A stretch of 64,000 bases of DNA from an uncultured Dehalococcoidia bacterium (GTDB lineage: Bacteria > Chloroflexota > Dehalococcoidia > Lucifugimonadales > QGNO01), in NCBI GenBank assembly GCA_964493125.1, contig CAZBMS010000002.1, positions 153 to 64,152 of the forward strand, given 5' to 3'. Numbering within the stretch: position 1 is the first letter of the stretch; each line of letters opens with the position of its first letter. Below, in pieces: positions 59,199-64,000 of this stretch. The notes beneath the pieces are model-generated. The model was given only the letters and a program-made list of their open reading frames with translations, ran no database searches and was not told the origin of the DNA. The translations under genes were made by a program, and so were the position numbers.

Positions 59199-59623
59199 AG
59201 CGACAGATCCGCATAAAAGTAAAGGGGACCTGGCACACAGTAGAGCTTGAAGAGCCTCAGCAGTACCCTTTTCAAATGGTGGTAGACGGGGAAACAATGG
59301 CGATAGAAGTACAATCTGGCAAGATAGATCACTCCCCACAAAATGAAAATTCAAATCTCCTCAAGCAAGATAATGCTACCCCAGGCATGTCTGCAATTAC
59401 TCAGGAAGATCAGAAAATCATTAGGTCCCCGATGCCTGGCCGAATCGTTTCAATCACCGCAGAGGTGTGGAATAAACTGGAAGCTGGTGCAGAAGTTTGC
59501 GTATTGGAGACCATGAAAATGGAACAAAGCATCAAGATTTCCAATGGAGGGACCGTCAGAGCAATTTTTGTCGAATCAGGTCAAAATGTTACCGCAGGCA
59601 CACCATTGGTTCAGCTTGGATAA
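59192..59623 (+). CDS. Biotin carboxyl carrier / biotinyl-domain protein
   Basis: C-terminal biotinyl domain with the ETMKME motif (canonical E-A-M-K-M). Overlaps the biotin carboxylase gene by 7 nt. Confidence 0.75.
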   Translation: MVKRQIRIKVKGTWHTVELEEPQQYPFQMVVDGETMAIEVQSGKIDHSPQNENSNLLKQDNATPGMSAITQEDQKIIRSPMPGRIVSITAEVWNKLEAGAEVCVLETMKMEQSIKISNGGTVRAIFVESGQNVTAGTPLVQLG

Positions 59624-60276
59624 GACTGCAAACTAGATAAGCTTTTTACCTTTGCTTTTATACAAATCGCTAGAGAGTCAGCCGTAAGAGTCCCATCTAG
59701 CACGAACCATCTTTGAGGATCTGATTCAGCCATTTTCGCGTACCCATCATAAACTTTTCTGTGAAAAGACAACGGTTCATTTTCAAATCTTTCATTATTA
59801 TCGCTCTGAAAACGATCCTTATTTGAATCATTTCGGGATTTGTGCCTTTCTAAAGCATTTTCAGGCGATATATCTAAAAGAATCGTCAAATCTGGGGTTG
59901 TACCTTCAGTGGCTATCTCATTTATTTTGGCAATAAAATCCAATGAAATCCCTCTCGCAAAGCCTTGATATGCAACAGTAGATGAGGTAAATCTGTCGCA
60001 TATAACCACCTGATTTTGGATAATAGCTTTGCCCAATTTCTCTTTTATAAGTTGCGCCCTAGCAGCTGCAAACAAGAAAAGCTCCGAAATGGGTGTGATC
60101 TCAGTGATTGATTCCGACTTCAACGACTTGCGTATTTCTGCACCCAAGTTCGTTCCGCCTGGCTCCCTAAACAAAGCAACTGAGATTCCTTCTTCTTTCA
60201 AAGCCTGGTACAACCTACGAGCCTGAGTAGATTTCCCACTACCATCCAAGCCTTCAAAGACGACAAATACACCCAT
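59611..60276 (-). CDS. tmk: dTMP (thymidylate) kinase
   Basis: FEGLDGSGKSTQ P-loop and the DRF motif. 221 aa. Its 3' end overlaps the convergent BCCP gene by 13 nt. Confidence 0.9.
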   Translation of the reverse strand: MGVFVVFEGLDGSGKSTQARRLYQALKEEGISVALFREPGGTNLGAEIRKSLKSESITEITPISELFLFAAARAQLIKEKLGKAIIQNQVVICDRFTSSTVAYQGFARGISLDFIAKINEIATEGTTPDLTILLDISPENALERHKSRNDSNKDRFQSDNNERFENEPLSFHRKVYDGYAKMAESDPQRWFVLDGTLTADSLAICIKAKVKSLSSLQSYPS

Positions 60277-60278
60277 AA

Positions 60279-61880
60279 TTAACGCCTGAAAACCATAACC
60301 CTTCTTTGTGGTTCTACCCCTACACTCTCAGAGGCAACATTATATCTATTCGCAAGTTCGTGCTGTTGCCGACGTACATAAGATCGCTGGGGTTCAAGTT
60401 CTATATAAGGTTCCCCTTCCCAAACCTTTTCAACAGCGTCCTGTGCCTCCCGCATCGCATCTTCAAGAGATACCGGCTTACCATACACATGTTTTCTACG
60501 ACTTCCTTTACCAAACCCTAATAAAAACTGTTGTATCTGTAGCTTAGTATTCTTCCTTAAAACGTGAACCGGGATTCCGAGATTTTGTGCACTTTTTACT
60601 AATTTAGCGTTGCGCCTGTAGTGAATTCGGGTGGTCAATAAAACATCTGCTTGTTCAATATTGTCGGTCACCATTATAGTCATCTCACCACGGGTTACTA
60701 GCTCCTGTATGAACGATCGATTTATCCCAAAAGGGCAAACTAAAAGGGTCTGCCCTGAAACTGATGCCTCATCATTAGGCAAATCTACATGAAATCTGTG
60801 ATTATCAGCATCTGATTTTTTATTCCCTGTAAAATCAGAAGGGGAAAGCGCTACGCCATCTGCTCTGACACCACCGAATGAATCACCCTTTCTGCCCTCA
60901 GACCGCGGCTGTAAGCCTCTCAACATCACATCAACTACTGAAGCAACATCGTAGTGTATTGCAACTTCACCCCAGCTTTTGATCTCAACAACCGAATCAA
61001 ACGTGGGGGGGCGTTTCCTCTCCAGAATCGTTTTTTGAGTCCTACGACGTCTAGCCTCTTCATCACCGAGTATAACTGACTCTAAACCACCCACTAGATC
61101 ACTCAAGGTAGGGTTCATCATTAGATTCTGTAAAGTGTTTCCATGGGCTGTCGCTATAAGTTGCACTCCACGTTCGGCAATGGTTCTAGCGGCTGCAGCT
61201 TCAAGTTCGGTGCCCATCTCATCTACTATGATGACCTCAGGCATATGATTTTCAACTGCCTCAATCATTACATCATGTTGGAGTGCTGGAGTTGGTACCT
61301 GCATCCTGCGCGCATGCCCTATTCCCCTGTGCGGAATATCCCCATCACCTGCTATTTCATTCGAAGTATCGACTACAATCACTCTCCGCCTAACCTCGTC
61401 AGCCAATATACGAGAGACCTCTCTTAGCATCGTAGTTTTACCAACACCTGGACGACCAAGCAGCAAAACGCTTTTCCCACTTCGTATCAATTCCTCAACT
61501 GGCTTAATAGTCCCAAATACAGCTCTTCCAACCCGACACGTTATACCTACAACCCTGCCGCCTCGGTTCCTAATAGCGGAAATCCTGTGCAAAGTTCTTT
61601 CAATACCAGCGCGATTATCTTGACCAAATTCCCCAATTCGTTCCGTGACATAACGTAGGTCATCTTCTGATATCTCTTGGTCCGACAGAAAAATGTCTCC
61701 CCCCAAAAACCGTGCTTCCGGGAGACGACCAACATCCATCACTATCTCCAATAAATCGCCGAAGCCCTCTCGATTTTGTAAGGCGTTAAGTAAACGATCA
61801 GGCATCACATTAAGCAAACTTACCAAGTCTTCTTCAGCTAATGAATTTGATCCGTCTATATTAATTTTTCTCATCATCAA
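60279..61880 (-). CDS. SpoIIIAA/Ycf45-like P-loop ATPase with C-terminal R3H-like nucleic-acid-binding domain
   Basis: Walker A GRPGVGKTT, Walker B IIVDEMG, and a C-terminal segment resembling an R3H domain (YVRRQQHELANRYNVASESVG). Confidence 0.7.
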   Translation of the reverse strand: MMMRKINIDGSNSLAEEDLVSLLNVMPDRLLNALQNREGFGDLLEIVMDVGRLPEARFLGGDIFLSDQEISEDDLRYVTERIGEFGQDNRAGIERTLHRISAIRNRGGRVVGITCRVGRAVFGTIKPVEELIRSGKSVLLLGRPGVGKTTMLREVSRILADEVRRRVIVVDTSNEIAGDGDIPHRGIGHARRMQVPTPALQHDVMIEAVENHMPEVIIVDEMGTELEAAAARTIAERGVQLIATAHGNTLQNLMMNPTLSDLVGGLESVILGDEEARRRRTQKTILERKRPPTFDSVVEIKSWGEVAIHYDVASVVDVMLRGLQPRSEGRKGDSFGGVRADGVALSPSDFTGNKKSDADNHRFHVDLPNDEASVSGQTLLVCPFGINRSFIQELVTRGEMTIMVTDNIEQADVLLTTRIHYRRNAKLVKSAQNLGIPVHVLRKNTKLQIQQFLLGFGKGSRRKHVYGKPVSLEDAMREAQDAVEKVWEGEPYIELEPQRSYVRRQQHELANRYNVASESVGVEPQRRVMVFRR

Positions 61881-61960
61881 ATAATTTTTTGTTGTCCATA
61901 ACTTTGTAGTTATTGCAATGGCATAATCTTGATAGTTACATAAACTTGCCTAGTTATTTT

Positions 61961-62539
61961 TTAACCTCGATCAACCATATCAACAAAATACTCATGGAAT
62001 CTAATGTCATTCGTGAGTTCAGGATGAAATGATGTTGCCAACATATGACCTTGCCTAACTGCAATGATTTCTTGGTCAGATGACCAAGAAAGGGGCTCTA
62101 CTCCACTGCCTAGACTCACGACTTTCGGTGCTCTAATAAATATCGCCCTGAAGTCCCCACCGCTCAAACAGGCTACGGATACATCTGTCTCAAAGCTATC
62201 TACCTGACGACCATATGCATTCCTCTGTATCTCGGTATCCATCAAACCCAAAGGAACCGGGTGTGGTTCTACAAGCTTTCCGGCCAACAAGATCATTCCC
62301 GCACACGTTCCCCAAACGGGCATACCATTGCCAACTTTTTGTATCACAGGGGCCTTTAATCCGTAAATCTCCATTAAACGGGACTGGGAGGTACTCTCAC
62401 CACCTGGAATAATCAGACCATCCAAATCACTAAGATGCTCTGGGAGTCGGACTTCCTCAGTTTCAACTTCCAGCTTACTCAAGGCTTGTATATGTTCGGC
62501 AAAGTCGCCTTGAACTGCAAGGACGCCTATTTTTCTCAA
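61961..62539 (-). CDS. pdxT: Pyridoxal 5'-phosphate synthase glutaminase subunit
   Basis: IGVLAVQGDFAEH N-terminus, catalytic Cys in GTCAGMI, and a C-terminal FHPE. Confidence 0.92.
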   Translation of the reverse strand: MRKIGVLAVQGDFAEHIQALSKLEVETEEVRLPEHLSDLDGLIIPGGESTSQSRLMEIYGLKAPVIQKVGNGMPVWGTCAGMILLAGKLVEPHPVPLGLMDTEIQRNAYGRQVDSFETDVSVACLSGGDFRAIFIRAPKVVSLGSGVEPLSWSSDQEIIAVRQGHMLATSFHPELTNDIRFHEYFVDMVDRG

Positions 62540-62543
62540 TCCT

Positions 62544-63425
62544 CTACCAACCTCTGGTAGATAGAATCTGCTCCTCTTTCAGAGAACTCATTTCTATCCC
62601 TACCATCGGCTCTCCCAAACCCTTGGAAACCTCAGCGATTATCTTAGGATCATTGTAGTGGGTTACAGCCTCAACAATAGCCTTCCCAATATTCTCTGGG
62701 TCGTCTGATTTGAAAACACCAGAACCAACAAACACTCCGTCAGAGCCTAGTTGCATCATGAGCGCAGCATCCGATGGGGTTGCTACACCACCAGCCGCAA
62801 AATTTACGACCGGAAGTCGACCCAGTTCTTTAACTTCTTTCAGTAATTCCAAAGACGCGCCTAAGTTTTTGGCTTCCGCTTGAAGCTCGTCGTCGCTCAT
62901 GTTCTGAACCTTTCTTATTTCGCTCATCACTGATCGTATATGTCGAACCGCTTCAACCACGTTCCCAGTACCAGCCTCACCTTTGGTCCGAATCATTGCC
63001 GCTCCTTCAGCTATTCGCCTAAGAGCTTCTCCAAGATCTCTGGCACCACACACAAACGGGATTGTAAATCCATGTTTCCATATGTGATTTTGCTCATCAG
63101 CCGGAGTTAAAACCTCGGATTCGTCTATATAGTCAGCTTTCAAAGCTTCTAGAACCTGAGCTTCAACAATGTGGCCAATTCGGCATTTTGCCATCACCGG
63201 AATTGTAACTGCCTCCATTATTGAAACTATCCGCTCTGGGTCAGCCATTCTCGCAACTCCCCCAGCAGCTCTAATGTCTGCCGGCACTCTTTCAAGCGCC
63301 ATGACTGCACAGGCACCAGCTGACTCAGCAATTCTGGCCTGCTCTGGGTTAACAACATCCATTATTACCCCACCCTTAAGCATCTGGGCGTGACCAGCCT
63401 TAACTTGCCAAGTACCCTTATCCAT
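62544..63425 (-). CDS. pdxS: Pyridoxal 5'-phosphate synthase lyase subunit
   Basis: [20 protein letters not shown] and GEAGTGN motifs. I chose the ATG at 63425: a GGAGG SD sits 7 nt upstream, and a TTGCAG-18-TATAAT promoter lies inside the track's N-terminal extension. Confidence 0.93.
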   Translation of the reverse strand: MDKGTWQVKAGHAQMLKGGVIMDVVNPEQARIAESAGACAVMALERVPADIRAAGGVARMADPERIVSIMEAVTIPVMAKCRIGHIVEAQVLEALKADYIDESEVLTPADEQNHIWKHGFTIPFVCGARDLGEALRRIAEGAAMIRTKGEAGTGNVVEAVRHIRSVMSEIRKVQNMSDDELQAEAKNLGASLELLKEVKELGRLPVVNFAAGGVATPSDAALMMQLGSDGVFVGSGVFKSDDPENIGKAIVEAVTHYNDPKIIAEVSKGLGEPMVGIEMSSLKEEQILSTRGW

Positions 63426-63473
63426 TTTATCCCTCCAAATTGAGTCCCCAACATTTGAGTGCTGGGCAAATGC

Positions 63474-63503
63474 ATTATACGTTGCACATCGAAGGGTCTG
63501 CAA
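63474..63503 (-). promoter_or_regulatory. Putative sigma70-type promoter for pdxS-pdxT
   Basis: On the minus strand: TTGCAG (63498-63503), an 18-nt spacer, then TATAAT (63474-63479). A leader with GGAGG follows before the ATG at 63425. Confidence 0.5.
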
Positions 63504-63587
63504 TGAATCCCCTCATTTCGCCAATCTTAGACAAGAAAGTTGATGGCTAGTAGACTAGGTGGATTCACCTGGTTTCTGGGGGACATA

Positions 63588-64000
63588 ATGAATCTTGAAG
63601 CCGAGGCTTATATAGAGAGATTTGAATACTTGCGGAATGAATTCAAGGAAGCGATTCACCAAAAGAGCCCAGACGATCTAATATGGAAGCCTAAAGGACT
63701 CCCGCAAGTCGAAACAAACTCTGCTTACGTTTTGGTTACCCACGTAGCCGGAAGTGAAGCCTACCACATACACGAACTCGTGGGGAAAATTAACGTTAAT
63801 CGGGATCGCGCCTCAGAATTTGCTGTGTCCGAACACCCAAGGAATTCTATTCCGTCATTTTCTCAGCTTCAAAAAACCCTAAACATGGTCGGGGAAACGA
63901 CTAATCAAGTATTAAGTAGAATTACCCAAGAAGAGCTGAATGAATCTTTTGAATACGGCGGCCGACTTGTCACTAGAAGATGGGCGGTCCTGCATACTCT
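63588..64000 (+). CDS. DinB-superfamily-like protein, 3'-partial
   Basis: An ATG at 63588 opens a frame that runs to the window end. It translates to MNLEAEAYIERFEYLRNEF...VTHVAGSEAYHIHEL..., with helical, His-containing segments reminiscent of DinB-fold proteins. Weak call. Confidence 0.4.
   Translation, partial: MNLEAEAYIERFEYLRNEFKEAIHQKSPDDLIWKPKGLPQVETNSAYVLVTHVAGSEAYHIHELVGKINVNRDRASEFAVSEHPRNSIPSFSQLQKTLNMVGETTNQVLSRITQEELNESFEYGGRLVTRRWAVLHT

Noticed and set aside
63426-63503. N-terminal extensions in the ORF track for pdxS (26 codons), prs (15 codons), ybeY (9 codons), and the first few codons of the TPP enzyme, CocE/NonD, PIG-L and BNR genes.
   Set aside because: Internal ATGs give family-typical N-termini and usually have a better SD. 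For pdxS and ybeY, promoter-like elements fall inside the proposed extensions.

Overview
This is a dense, moderately AT-rich bacterial chromosomal segment with about 55 protein genes and one tRNA. I found no rRNA, CRISPR array, transposase, integrase or phage gene. Most of the window is housekeeping: nnr, coaX-coaBC, rpiB, valS, secA, prs, purA, leuS, ybeY-dnaX-ybaB, recR-recO, biotin carboxylase plus BCCP, tmk and pdxS-pdxT. One long same-strand block (about 9.1-24.3 kb, plus a divergent substrate-binding gene at 6.7-8.9 kb) looks like an uptake and catabolism island. It holds two oversized family-5 substrate-binding proteins, a membrane-anchored BNR/Asp-box propeller, a Dpp/Opp-type ABC importer, a hydantoinase-like amidohydrolase, an MmgE/PrpD protein, an SDR and an S9 peptidase. 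The gene content (many family-5 SBP, FAH, CocE/NonD and MmgE/PrpD-type enzymes, a Ycf45-like R3H ATPase, very short or overlapping gene junctions) suggests a streamlined marine Chloroflexota-like (SAR202-like) organism; this is weak inference. The items most worth a second look are: (1) a GC-rich, strand-specific structured RNA candidate between an MFS gene and the CoA-biosynthesis operon; (2) an uncharacterised envelope module at 24.4-26.6 kb, comprising an exported Ig-like protein, a micro-ORF and a polytopic protein with a predicted N-terminal His after signal cleavage and a six-Cys cluster; (3) an EF-G-paralog / cytoplasmic NHL(PAL-like) / YHS operon with a structured leader; (4) a zinc-ribbon coding segment with no canonical start codon. 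I see no clear defence, toxin-antitoxin, RiPP or mobile system. All function calls rest on motif recognition by eye, not on database searches.
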